From assembly GCF_002945325.1 (NCBI RefSeq), contig NZ_CP026606.1:1080001-1112000 (forward strand): a stretch of 32,000 nucleotides of DNA. Direction: 5' to 3'. Made by a program: the position numbers and the translations under genes. The stretch's first letter is position 1. Each line of letters opens with the position of its first letter. Shown here piece by piece: positions 8,093-18,910 of this stretch. The stretch is from Methanococcus maripaludis. GTDB taxonomy: Archaea > AGJL01 > Methanococci > Methanococcales > Methanococcaceae. The notes under the pieces are model-generated. The model ran no database searches and had not been told where the DNA came from. It worked only from the letters and a program-made list of their open reading frames with translations.

Positions 8093-8656
8093 ATGAAAAT
8101 AATCGGGATACTCGGCATTCAGGGCGACATTGAAGAACACGAAGATGCAGTTAAAAAAATAAACTGCATCCCTAAACGGATAAGAACGGTAGATGATTTA
8201 GAAGGAATAGACGCATTAATAATTCCCGGCGGAGAAAGTACCACAATTGGAAAATTGATGGTAAGTTATGGATTTATCGATAAAATTAGAAATTTAAAAA
8301 TCCCGATACTTGGAACTTGTGCAGGAATGGTTCTTTTATCTAAAGGAACTGGAAAAGAGCAGCCATTACTTGAAATGTTGAATGTGACGATAAAAAGAAA
8401 TGCATACGGTAGTCAAAAAGATAGTTTTGAAAAAGAAATAGATTTAGGCGGAAAAAAAATAAATGCAGTATTTATTCGAGCACCCCAAGTTGGGGAGATT
8501 CTCTCAAAAGACGTTGAAATCATTTCAAAAGACGATGAAAATATTGTAGGAATAAAAGAAGGAAACATAATGGCAATATCATTTCACCCGGAACTTTCAG
8601 ATGACGGGGTTATTGCATATGAATACTTTTTGAAAAATATTGTAGAAAAAAAATAA
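8093..8656 (+). CDS. pdxT: Pyridoxal 5'-phosphate synthase glutaminase subunit
   Basis: [31 protein letters not shown] and FHPE carry the class-I glutamine amidotransferase triad in the PdxT arrangement. The RBS GGTGA precedes the ATG. Confidence 0.9.
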   Translation: MKIIGILGIQGDIEEHEDAVKKINCIPKRIRTVDDLEGIDALIIPGGESTTIGKLMVSYGFIDKIRNLKIPILGTCAGMVLLSKGTGKEQPLLEMLNVTIKRNAYGSQKDSFEKEIDLGGKKINAVFIRAPQVGEILSKDVEIISKDDENIVGIKEGNIMAISFHPELSDDGVIAYEYFLKNIVEKK

Positions 8657-8657
8657 A

Positions 8658-11600
8658 TTAATAATTCATATTCATTTTTCTTTTTTTAATGAGTTCTGCT
8701 ATTTCTGAACTTACATAAGGATTTGAACTCGTTTCAAAGGTTTTTAATTCATCAAATAAATAATCAGGTATTTTATCGATTCCTTTTATTTTAAAGAATT
8801 TTATCAGGAAGAGTTTAGAATCGTCATTTGATGTTTTAAGATACTCAATAATTTGTTTGCTGACCTTTTCAAGCATTTCAAGGTTATCCTCAAAGTTGCA
8901 TGAGTAAATTACTTCAAGAGCTTTTTTAAAGATTATCCATTTTTTATCGTCACTTATTAATTCTAAAACTTTTTTAGAAATTTCAGGATGCTCTGTGCAT
9001 TTAACATTTAATTTTACCATGCTGGCAAGCGTTTCTAACGCTTCAACCTGTATTTGCGGTTCATTTTCATCGAGAAGTTTTGAAATAAGTGGTAAGTATT
9101 CTTCAAAATTTTCAGCATTTAAAACTGATTCTTCAAACCAAGAAGTTTTTTTAGTTATTATCACTTTTAAACATTCAAGTCCCTTATACGCTAATAACGG
9201 GTATTTCTCATTGAAAATTATTTTGAAAATGTTATTAAGTACTGATTTTTTGTATTTTCCAAGTTCGTACATTAAATTAGTATCACCGGATTTTAAATTG
9301 GCTTTAAAAATATCCAGTAAAATTATCGTAATAATTAGTGAATTTCTTTCAGAGTTAAGGATGCTAAATTTCATAAAATCAAAGAATTCAAGATCCACGT
9401 AGTTTAGTGTTTTATAATCATGTGTTAACAGGTATTTTAGTGAAAAATAAATCTCTTGCCAGGTTTGATTTTTGATATCGACAACTTCTGACTCAAAGTT
9501 ATTTTCCAAGATATAATTTTCAAGCTCCTGTTTTTCTTCAAATATTTTTTTAGATTCTTCTGTATCGATTTTTTCAAGTATTTTTAAAGATAGTGATGTG
9601 ATTTTCGGGGTTGCTTGCGGATATATCACAAACTCTTTTATTTTTCGAGTAATTCTTTCGCTGATTTTATAGCCTTCCAAAATGTATTCAAAAATTTCAT
9701 TTACTGCATTTATACGCCTTGAAATTATCATTTCGTTTAAATTCCCATATATAATTGCTTCACGCGGTTTTGGAACTTCTGAAAATTTATTTTTGAGTCT
9801 ATTTAATAACTCGCCTGCGATTTCAAAGTCTTTTTTAAGTTTAAATAATTCATGAAATAAGTCAAAATATTCTTCAGTTAATTCCTGCATTTCAATGAAT
9901 TCTAGGATTTTTACGATATTTTCGCTATCTTCTGATCTAATGTAACTTTTTAATTTTACTTTAAGTCTGATTACTACTGATTTATTAAGTTCAGGATGAT
10001 TCAGCGCTTTTTCAAGTGTTTTAAACTTTTCTTCCAGATTTTTAGATTCATAACCAATTAATTCTTTTGATTCTGGAATCATTTTTAAAGTATCTTCGCA
10101 GATTGTTCGAATAATAGTAAAATGGTCTGTAAAATATTTTGTTGCAAGGGCACCTTGTAATTTAGAACTTATTTCGGAATTTTTCAAAATTTCAGGATAT
10201 TTTTTGATTAATTTGTTATAAAAAATTGCACAATCCTGCCTTATTTCCATATTTGGATCATCAAGACATGCAATGGATTCGATTATTAATTTTTTTGGAA
10301 TTTTAAATCCTCTTTCAAGAATGATCTGAAGAATCCATGCGCCAATAGATCTTACTAGATACACTCGATCGGCAAGAATTGTCTGTATTAAATCTTGTTT
10401 ATAATCTATTTCGCTTGGAAATGCATACAGCAAATTTCCAATTTTTTTTCCAATTTCAAACCTATAAAGCCAGTCTTCGTTTTTAAACTCTTTTTCAAGG
10501 TTTTTAAACTGTTCGATTGCCCGGTTTTTTGGAAGTTCACTGTATTCGATCATGAGGTCTTCATCAAAATACATATTTTTTTCAGGGCTTAATAAATCAT
10601 AACGCCCCAAATTTACAAGCAATCTCGTTCCACTATAATAATTTAGGTTGTTTTTTCTGAATAGCTTTCCAAGGTCATTATTTTCAAGAACTTTTTCAAT
10701 ACGTAAATTCAATTCATCATTATTTAACAAAACAAAAGAATTCAGCATTTCAAATCCATAAAAGCTTATTAAGTAGTTTTCGTGTGTTAAATATTCTTTA
10801 ACTGGATTTTCGATTAGTTTTAAACATTTTTTAGTATCCATTTCTAAATTCATGTCAATTGTTAGGTATGAAAAAGCAAGCATTGCATTTATTGCAGTAA
10901 TTTCATCCGATCCATATAATTTATCACTGATTAAAGAATGCACATCTAATTCGTTTTTTGATTGAATTAAATTTTTTAATGACTTTTGGTGTTTTTTAAG
11001 AGTAATTGCAGAAAGCAGTGCGATTCTATAATCTGCATCGTCCACATATTCTAAAATAAATAATAATTCGTCATTTTTAATCTCATTTTTTAGATTAAGA
11101 ATTACAAGTTTTTTAAGTAAATCATTTTCAGCATTTAGGTTATCTTCATTAGCATCTGGCGATTCTATCAAAAATTTTAAGTCTTTAATAATTGATTTAG
11201 GAATGTTTTCAAATTCATCAAGTATTGCTTGAGACAAAATCCTCAAAAGTTCTGAGCGAGAATAAAGCGAAATCATCGAAAGTTCGGGAAGTGAGTTTTT
11301 AAGGTACCTTGGAGAGTGCATTGATACAAAACCAAGTACTAAAAGTGCCCGTGCAACTTCAAAATTATTTTTCGAGTATAACTTTGAATTATAATGAACT
11401 ACAAGGTTATCGATTACCTTTGGATTTATTGAATCAATAATCTGTCTTGAAAATTCTTTTACCAGGTGGTTTGAAAATTCAGTATTGATATAAACGTGTA
11501 TTAAAAGTTTTTCGGCTTTTTTAGGATATTTTAAAAGAATAACTTTTATGGAACTAAGTAAATTTAGTAAAACTGCGATATTTGGGTCCGAATTTAATAT

Positions 11601-11747
11601 CACAATTTTTTGCATTCTTTCGTCAAGTGCCTGTTCATCAAGCAATCCTAAAATTTTTGCAGCTTCTGTTTTATCTTTATAATTATCAGACTCAATATAT
11701 TTATCAAAAAGTGCTGCAAGGTCGTTTTTATCCGTGCTTTGGTACAT
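8658..11747 (-). CDS. Large HEAT/ARM-like alpha-solenoid protein (1029 aa), paralog A
   Basis: A 3.1-kb stop-free frame in AT-rich DNA is very unlikely by chance. HEAT-like units include DRVYLVRSIGAWILQIIL and LDDPNMEIRQDCAIFYNKL. It is collinear with the upstream gene. Its ATG lies 2 nt after the upstream stop (TGA-AT-ATG). Confidence 0.8.
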   Translation of the reverse strand: MYQSTDKNDLAALFDKYIESDNYKDKTEAAKILGLLDEQALDERMQKIVILNSDPNIAVLLNLLSSIKVILLKYPKKAEKLLIHVYINTEFSNHLVKEFSRQIIDSINPKVIDNLVVHYNSKLYSKNNFEVARALLVLGFVSMHSPRYLKNSLPELSMISLYSRSELLRILSQAILDEFENIPKSIIKDLKFLIESPDANEDNLNAENDLLKKLVILNLKNEIKNDELLFILEYVDDADYRIALLSAITLKKHQKSLKNLIQSKNELDVHSLISDKLYGSDEITAINAMLAFSYLTIDMNLEMDTKKCLKLIENPVKEYLTHENYLISFYGFEMLNSFVLLNNDELNLRIEKVLENNDLGKLFRKNNLNYYSGTRLLVNLGRYDLLSPEKNMYFDEDLMIEYSELPKNRAIEQFKNLEKEFKNEDWLYRFEIGKKIGNLLYAFPSEIDYKQDLIQTILADRVYLVRSIGAWILQIILERGFKIPKKLIIESIACLDDPNMEIRQDCAIFYNKLIKKYPEILKNSEISSKLQGALATKYFTDHFTIIRTICEDTLKMIPESKELIGYESKNLEEKFKTLEKALNHPELNKSVVIRLKVKLKSYIRSEDSENIVKILEFIEMQELTEEYFDLFHELFKLKKDFEIAGELLNRLKNKFSEVPKPREAIIYGNLNEMIISRRINAVNEIFEYILEGYKISERITRKIKEFVIYPQATPKITSLSLKILEKIDTEESKKIFEEKQELENYILENNFESEVVDIKNQTWQEIYFSLKYLLTHDYKTLNYVDLEFFDFMKFSILNSERNSLIITIILLDIFKANLKSGDTNLMYELGKYKKSVLNNIFKIIFNEKYPLLAYKGLECLKVIITKKTSWFEESVLNAENFEEYLPLISKLLDENEPQIQVEALETLASMVKLNVKCTEHPEISKKVLELISDDKKWIIFKKALEVIYSCNFEDNLEMLEKVSKQIIEYLKTSNDDSKLFLIKFFKIKGIDKIPDYLFDELKTFETSSNPYVSSEIAELIKKRKMNMNY

Positions 11748-11749
11748 AT

Positions 11750-14700
11750 TCAGCCCCTTAATTTGATTTTCATGGATTCTATTTCTTCAATATCTCTTTT
11801 AATATCGTAATTTTTAGAATTTTTCAGATTTAAAAGTTGAGCTACTAAATTGCTGTTTAATCTTGATATATCTTGAATTTTAAAGAATCTCAACAGTATT
11901 AACTTAGAGTCATCGTTTGAATTTTCGATTTTTTCAAGTAAAAGTTTGGAAAACCTGTTTAACATTTTTTCGTCCATTTCGTAATTTCCAAGTACCTTTA
12001 CAATTTTTTTGAAATTTTCCCAGTTTGATGTATCTAGCCGGTTTACAAGTTTTTCAAGAAACTCTGAGGATAAATCAAACGAATTTGAATTTTTGGCGTA
12101 ATAATTAAATGCATTTATAGTTTCCTCGAGTACTTTATCGTCAGGATAATCTAAAAGTGAATTTAAAAATAATGGCCAATTTTTACTTTTATTTTCAGAA
12201 ACATTGGTTATATTCCTTAATAACCATTCAGGTTTATGTTTAACAATTTCTACAGTTAATATAATTGCATTTTTTGATAATATTTCGTAATCGGTTGAAT
12301 AAATCAAATAATATAAATTTTCAAGGACTTTTGGATTATCTATATCAGGACTGTTTAATATATTTGAATTTGGGTCAGTTATAACATTTTTTAGGATTTT
12401 TAATATCATTGTTGTCAGGATTACTGATGGACGTTTTGAATAATCTGATAAAAAGTACAAAATATCGTTAAAATTAATGGATTGGTAGTCATATTCTGAA
12501 GTTTTATGCAGTTGGCTGCTTAATTTTACATAGAGCTCTTCAGTGGTCATTTTTTTAATGTTTTCATCAGATTTTTCTTTAATATCTTTTAAGTCGTTCA
12601 AATGAGTATCAAATTCTCTTTTTTCAAAAATCAGTCTTTTACTTTCGATATCTTTTTGTAAATTTAGTATATTTATGCAGAGGTCAGTCAGTTTTTCATC
12701 CCTGTACATTACTAAAATTTCCTTTATTTTAAGGCCTATACCGTTATTAATCTTAAATCCTTCATTTAAATACGTAATAATCTCTTCCAGCCCATCTTTT
12801 TTATATTCCGGGATAGGGTTATTCAGGCTGTTTAATATCCTGATTTCAAGAGGTTTTGGAATTAATTTGTACCTATTTTTTATGTTATTTAAAAAATAAT
12901 TCGCATCTTGATAAGTATCTTTCAATTTTACGAGTTCTTCCAAAAGATAGGAACAATCAACTTTTGATTCATGCGTTTTTAGGAATGTTAATACTTTTAA
13001 AATATTTTTTTCATCATTTTTTAGTATGTAACTATCAAGGTTTATTTTTAATTTTTCTAAAAATGCAGCAGAAGTTACCGGGTTTTCAAATAACTGTTCT
13101 GAATATAATTCCCCGCTTAGTTCCTCCTGAAACTTTTTTGGAGTATTTTCTAAATTTTTTAATATTTTATCCAGTATACTTTTTATCGCTATTTTGAAAG
13201 GAGGATAATTTTCATTTACGTAGTGACTCCCCAATATTGATTTAATTTTTGAAGCAGTGTTAAATTCAGTTAACAGTTCTGGACGTTTTTCCAGTAATTC
13301 ATTTAATAAAAGGTAATATTCAAACCTTAATTCCCAGTATGGACTGTTTAAATCGTGAATTACTTCTAAAATAATCCTTTCAGGAAGTTTTATGTTGTAT
13401 TTTACAAGTATTCGAAGTATCCATATTCCAATATTTCTTACAAGATATATTTCGTCATGGAGGATACTTTTTACAAGTTCAAAATTCATAAACTCTTTTG
13501 ATTCATCAAAATATAATGCACTTCCAATTTTTTTTGCCCCATTATATCGTTCAAGCCAGTAATCACTTTTAATATTCTTTTCGGCTGATTTTATGTAATG
13601 TTGGCGTTCTGTCGGGGCCATATACTGCATTTTTAATTCAAGAGACCGGATTAGATACGGATTTTTGTCAACTTCCGGCAAAGTATTATATTTTTCGGCC
13701 AAAAGAGGCATTCCAAAGTAGTAGCAAAGCGGATGTTCTTTCAATATATTTTCAAAAGGATAATTATCAAAAATTTCATCAATTTCTTCATCCAGATTCA
13801 ATTTTTCCATTTTGTGTAGCAAATAGAGAATGATTAAAGAGAATGCTTTTGAAATGTGGTCTTTTCCAGAAATATTCTTTTTTAAATAATAAAATATTTT
13901 TTCAAAATCCACGTTTTCAATTTCTAAATTTAAAGAATGGGTTATATCTAAAATTAAGGAATAAGAAATCAGCTGTTGAACATTGTTTGGATGTTTTTTG
14001 TAAAATTTTGAGAGTTGGTCTTGAAATATTAACGGATATTCTTCAAAATTTTTTTCAACTTTTAAAATATTATTTTGAAGGGATATGGCTGCAAGCAGTG
14101 TACAAAAATCGTTTTCAATTGATAAATACTTCAACAACTCATTTATTGTATTTTCATCGATTTCGTCTGAAACTGTAAGTCTGATCAATGATTTAGTGAT
14201 TTCAGCGCCGGTTTTTGATTTATTTAATGGTGTTATATCCATTTTTTTATTAAAAACGAGGTAGGAATATCTTAAAAAGTTTCTATTAAGTTCTGAAAAA
14301 TCGTCAAGGGTTCCAAGTGCAAGCAACTGTATTAATGCAGATGAATCATAAGTAGACGCCATTACAATCTCAGATAATGCTTTATCCAAATATTCCGGGC
14401 TGAATCTAGATATTAACGAAAGTAATATAACTGATTTTAATCTTTCTTCAGTATTTTTTGAATAAATTCCGTTTCGAAAGTGTTCAACGTGTCTTTCGAT
14501 TACTTCGGGTCCTAGTGCTTTTATTTCGTTTTTTGCATGTTCTGATAAAATATTATTTGAAAATTCGGTATTGTAGTAGATACAACCAATTAATTCGCTA
14601 AAAACTTCCGGAAATTTGTTTAAAATATTTGAAAAAGCAGTTATTAAATTTAGCCGTATTGAAATGTCATTTTCAAAAGTAAGGCTTAAAATATTATCCA

Positions 14701-14833
14701 TTCTACTTTTAATGTCGTTTATTCCGAGGTATCCCAATATTTTGGTCGATTCTGCTCTTTTTTTAATATCTTCTGAAGTAATATACTCATCAAATTTTTC
14801 TAACAATTCTTCTTTAGACAGTTCTCTATACAT
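11750..14833 (-). CDS. Large HEAT/ARM-like alpha-solenoid protein (~1027 aa), paralog B
   Basis: It is collinear with paralog A (YYNTEFSN, DEIYLVRNIGIWILRIL, PKPLE, SNDDSKLILLRFFKI). ATG 14833 has the RBS GGTGA (14842-14838) and aligns with MYQS... of paralog A. The track start 14866 is an upstream TTG. Confidence 0.8.
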   Translation of the reverse strand: MYRELSKEELLEKFDEYITSEDIKKRAESTKILGYLGINDIKSRMDNILSLTFENDISIRLNLITAFSNILNKFPEVFSELIGCIYYNTEFSNNILSEHAKNEIKALGPEVIERHVEHFRNGIYSKNTEERLKSVILLSLISRFSPEYLDKALSEIVMASTYDSSALIQLLALGTLDDFSELNRNFLRYSYLVFNKKMDITPLNKSKTGAEITKSLIRLTVSDEIDENTINELLKYLSIENDFCTLLAAISLQNNILKVEKNFEEYPLIFQDQLSKFYKKHPNNVQQLISYSLILDITHSLNLEIENVDFEKIFYYLKKNISGKDHISKAFSLIILYLLHKMEKLNLDEEIDEIFDNYPFENILKEHPLCYYFGMPLLAEKYNTLPEVDKNPYLIRSLELKMQYMAPTERQHYIKSAEKNIKSDYWLERYNGAKKIGSALYFDESKEFMNFELVKSILHDEIYLVRNIGIWILRILVKYNIKLPERIILEVIHDLNSPYWELRFEYYLLLNELLEKRPELLTEFNTASKIKSILGSHYVNENYPPFKIAIKSILDKILKNLENTPKKFQEELSGELYSEQLFENPVTSAAFLEKLKINLDSYILKNDEKNILKVLTFLKTHESKVDCSYLLEELVKLKDTYQDANYFLNNIKNRYKLIPKPLEIRILNSLNNPIPEYKKDGLEEIITYLNEGFKINNGIGLKIKEILVMYRDEKLTDLCINILNLQKDIESKRLIFEKREFDTHLNDLKDIKEKSDENIKKMTTEELYVKLSSQLHKTSEYDYQSINFNDILYFLSDYSKRPSVILTTMILKILKNVITDPNSNILNSPDIDNPKVLENLYYLIYSTDYEILSKNAIILTVEIVKHKPEWLLRNITNVSENKSKNWPLFLNSLLDYPDDKVLEETINAFNYYAKNSNSFDLSSEFLEKLVNRLDTSNWENFKKIVKVLGNYEMDEKMLNRFSKLLLEKIENSNDDSKLILLRFFKIQDISRLNSNLVAQLLNLKNSKNYDIKRDIEEIESMKIKLRG

Positions 14834-15109
14834 GGCTTCACCAAAAAAAGACTCAAATAAAATCAAAAATATCGAGTTAAAACTATCGTTATTACTTTCT
14901 CTTTTCCTACATATATCAACATTTCCATAATTTCTGTTTAAGGGCTGTTTTAAAAAATCCTTTAAAATATATTTTAGGCCAAAATCTCTTTAAAAAAGTC
15001 TTTTTAAGACATGGGTAATCACTATCAATTACTAATTTTGCTCAAATAATATCATTAATTATAAAGTATTACTTCTGAAATTATCTCGTAATGTATATAT
15101 AATTTTTAA

Positions 15110-16189
<1,080 letters not shown>

Positions 16190-16271
16190 TTAAAATCCCC
16201 TATTTTTTTTCGCATTTTTTAATTTTAAACATATGTGCGAAATTATTATTTCACGTTGTTTTGGTGATACT

Positions 16272-17075
16272 TTGAAAAAAATATTAGTGCTAGGACTTGT
16301 TGGAGTTTTACTCCTAACGTGTTTTTCGGGCTGTACTGACAATTCGGCAGATGCAGGTTCTGAAAAGATATACGATGGTAAAACATTGAGATTATGCTGT
16401 GGAGCAGGTCTGATGAAACCTATGAATGATATAATTGCTAACTTTGAAAATGAAACTGGAGCAAAAGTTCAGGTTCATTATGGTGGAAGCGCTGAATTAT
16501 TCGGCGTTTTAACAACAACGGGTGAATGTGACGTATTTATTCCTGGTGCATACAAATATACCCAAGACGCAATGAACGGCGGATACATATTAAATGAAAC
16601 TGTTTTAACCGTAGTTGACCACGTTCCTGTGATCGCAGTTCCTCAAGGAAATCCTAAAAATGTGCAGTCTCTTGAAGATTTGGCAAGAGATGATGTAAAA
16701 GTTGTTTTAGGGGATCCACAAGCATGTGCTATCGGAAAAACTGCTAAAAGCATATGTGAAAAGAACGGTGTATGGGAAGATGTAAATTCAAATGTTGAAG
16801 TTTTCACGCCTACTGTAAACCAGCTTTTAATATATGAAGCAACAGGGCAGGCAGATGCAACTATAATTTGGGAAGACATGGTTACATGGGCAGAATCTGA
16901 AGGAAAAATTGTAGTTATTCAAATACCTAAAGATCAAAACACCATAAAAACAATTCCAACAGCAGTTACCACAATGGCAGAAGATGTTGAAGTTGCAAAA
17001 GCTTTCAATGATTATGTAGTTTCCGAAGAATCGTTAGAAATCTGGCAGAACTGGGGTTTTAATCCATGCAACTGA
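16272..17075 (+). CDS. modA: Molybdate ABC transporter substrate-binding protein, ModA type (lipobox signal peptide)
   Basis: CCGAGLMKPMNDIIANFE, VHYGGSAELF and IPGAYKY are ModA-like. I prefer TTG 16272 after the RBS GGTGAT (16263-16268), giving MKKILVLGLVGVLLLTCFSGC. The track ATG 16233 would add a non-signal extension. Confidence 0.75.
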   Translation: MKKILVLGLVGVLLLTCFSGCTDNSADAGSEKIYDGKTLRLCCGAGLMKPMNDIIANFENETGAKVQVHYGGSAELFGVLTTTGECDVFIPGAYKYTQDAMNGGYILNETVLTVVDHVPVIAVPQGNPKNVQSLEDLARDDVKVVLGDPQACAIGKTAKSICEKNGVWEDVNSNVEVFTPTVNQLLIYEATGQADATIIWEDMVTWAESEGKIVVIQIPKDQNTIKTIPTAVTTMAEDVEVAKAFNDYVVSEESLEIWQNWGFNPCN

Positions 17076-17848
17076 TTAGTTTTAAAAAAATGTCAATATT
17101 TCTGACATTTTTGTTTACCTTTTTACTATTTTTATCGATAAGTTCACTTATTTTAGTTCCAAAGTTTGAAGATGTTTTGAGTTCAATTTTTAATCCAGAA
17201 ATGATTTATTCACTTAAAGTATCGTTATATTCCTCTTTAATTTCAACAGGAATTGTTTTGGGTTTTTCAATACCTACAGGCTACGCCATATCGAGGTATT
17301 CATTTCCTGGAAAAAGCATTGTAAAAGCAATACTTGATTTACCTATAGCTTTTCCTGAACTTGTACTGGGCCTTGCACTTTTACTTTTATTCGGGCAAAC
17401 TTTTATCGGAGACATTTTAGAATTTTTTGGAATAAAAGTAGTATTTACTAAACTAGGAATAGTTGTAGCTCAGATTTTTACCGCACTTCCCTATGCAATA
17501 AGGATAGTATGTTCTACTTTTCAGGATATTAATCCAAGATACGAACTTGTTTCAAGAAGCCTTGGATACAGCGAGTTTGAAACTTTTAAAAATGTTACCC
17601 TGCCAATGGCAAGAAGCGGGATTTTTGCTTCATCTATAATCGCGTTTGCAAGGTGTATGGGTACGTTTGGAACGGTTTTGATGCTTGCAGGTGGAACGTA
17701 CATGTACACAGAAACGCTTCCAATAACTTTGTACCTAAACATGTCATACGGTAATCTTGGAATGGCGATTTCAAGCGGAATTGTGCTTTTAATGATATCA
17801 TTTATCGCGATTTTGATATTTGAGAAATACGAAGGAGGGAAATTTTGA
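17066..17848 (+). CDS. Molybdate/tungstate ABC transporter permease
   Basis: It has six predicted TM helices and an EAA-like loop (ELVSRSLGYSEFETFKNVTLPMARSGI). It overlaps the modA stop by 10 nt. An alternative start is ATG 17090. Confidence 0.8.
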   Translation: MQLISFKKMSIFLTFLFTFLLFLSISSLILVPKFEDVLSSIFNPEMIYSLKVSLYSSLISTGIVLGFSIPTGYAISRYSFPGKSIVKAILDLPIAFPELVLGLALLLLFGQTFIGDILEFFGIKVVFTKLGIVVAQIFTALPYAIRIVCSTFQDINPRYELVSRSLGYSEFETFKNVTLPMARSGIFASSIIAFARCMGTFGTVLMLAGGTYMYTETLPITLYLNMSYGNLGMAISSGIVLLMISFIAILIFEKYEGGKF

Positions 17849-18906
17849 GTTTCGTTAAAATTGAAAACTTGAATATCAATCTGGGCGAATTTAAGTTAGA
17901 AGACGTTAATTTAAGCGTTGAAAAAGGAGATTATGTAACAATAATCGGGCCAACAGGTAGTGGAAAATCTATTCTTTTAGAAACTGCACTTGGATTTTAT
18001 ACTCCTGAAACTGGAAAGATATTTTTGGAAGAAAAAGAGATAACAAACTTAAATCCTGAAAAAAGAGATATAAGTATAATTTATCAAGATTATGCACTGT
18101 TTCCGCACATGACGGTTTATGAAAATATTGAATACGGTCTTAAAAAACGGTTGAATGACAAAAAAGCCATAAAAGAGGAAATTCTTCAAATAACAAAAAT
18201 GCTTGGAATTGATCATCTGTTAAACCGAAAACCTGAAACACTGAGTGGTGGGGAAATGCAGAGGGCATCCATTGCAAGAGGGCTTATCATAAAGCCAAAA
18301 ATCCTGTTTATGGACGAACCATTCAGTGCTCTGGATGTTAAAACTAAAGAAAAGATAAGAATTCTTGTTAAAACTGCGATAAAAAAATATGGAACAACGG
18401 TACTCCATGTAACACACGATTTTGAAGATATTTGGAGTCTTGCAGATAAAGTCTTGATAATGAAGGGCGGTAGGGTTTATCAGTACGGAACTCCTGAAGA
18501 AGTATTTTCAAATCCTTCATCTGAAATTGTTGCAGATTTTGTTGGTACAAACATTTTGGATTCAAAAGTGGAAGAAATATCTGGAAATATTTCAATTTTG
18601 GATGTTTCCGGAGTAAAAATATATTCTTCAGACATTGCAAAAGTCGGCGAGAATGTAAAAGTATCAATAAGGCCCGAAAATATAATCGTTGCTTTAAAGT
18701 GTTTTGACAGCTCCGCAAAAAACGTATTCAATGGAAAAGTTACTGAAATTAAAAAAAGAGGACACTTGGTCTGGTTAACACTGGATATCGGCGGTGTTGA
18801 TTTAAAAGTACTTGTTACACCAAATTCTCTTGAAGCTTTGGAAATTGAAGAAAATAAAAATTTATGTGTGATGTTTAAAGCAACAGGCGTTAAAATAATA
18901 AGATAA
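17845..18906 (+). CDS. Molybdate/tungstate ABC transporter ATP-binding protein with C-terminal TOBE/Mop-like domain
   Basis: It carries Walker A GPTGSGKS, signature LSGGEMQR, Walker B ILFMDEPFSALD and an H-loop VTHD, followed by a ~120-aa beta-rich tail. The TTG start follows the RBS GGAGGG and overlaps the permease stop. Confidence 0.88.
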   Translation: MSFVKIENLNINLGEFKLEDVNLSVEKGDYVTIIGPTGSGKSILLETALGFYTPETGKIFLEEKEITNLNPEKRDISIIYQDYALFPHMTVYENIEYGLKKRLNDKKAIKEEILQITKMLGIDHLLNRKPETLSGGEMQRASIARGLIIKPKILFMDEPFSALDVKTKEKIRILVKTAIKKYGTTVLHVTHDFEDIWSLADKVLIMKGGRVYQYGTPEEVFSNPSSEIVADFVGTNILDSKVEEISGNISILDVSGVKIYSSDIAKVGENVKVSIRPENIIVALKCFDSSAKNVFNGKVTEIKKRGHLVWLTLDIGGVDLKVLVTPNSLEALEIEENKNLCVMFKATGVKIIR

Positions 18907-18910
18907 TAAT

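Noticed and set aside
8995-14930. Several plus-strand ORFs of 65-135 aa (8995-9402, 10395-10592, 12675-12899, 12856-13197, 13843-14178, 14616-14930) antisense to the HEAT-like genes
   Set aside because: They are shadow frames of long minus-strand genes. Their products are low-complexity and rich in Phe, Leu, Ile and Ser. They lack RBSs, and the minus-strand frames are ten times longer and mutually homologous.
15011-15049. A 12-codon mini-ORF (MGNHYQLLILLK) and a GTAAT-N8-ATTAC inverted repeat (15015-15032) upstream of wtpA
   Set aside because: The ORF is too short, has no RBS and is unsupported. The 5-bp AT-rich inverted repeat is expected by chance in this composition. It would only merit attention if conserved.
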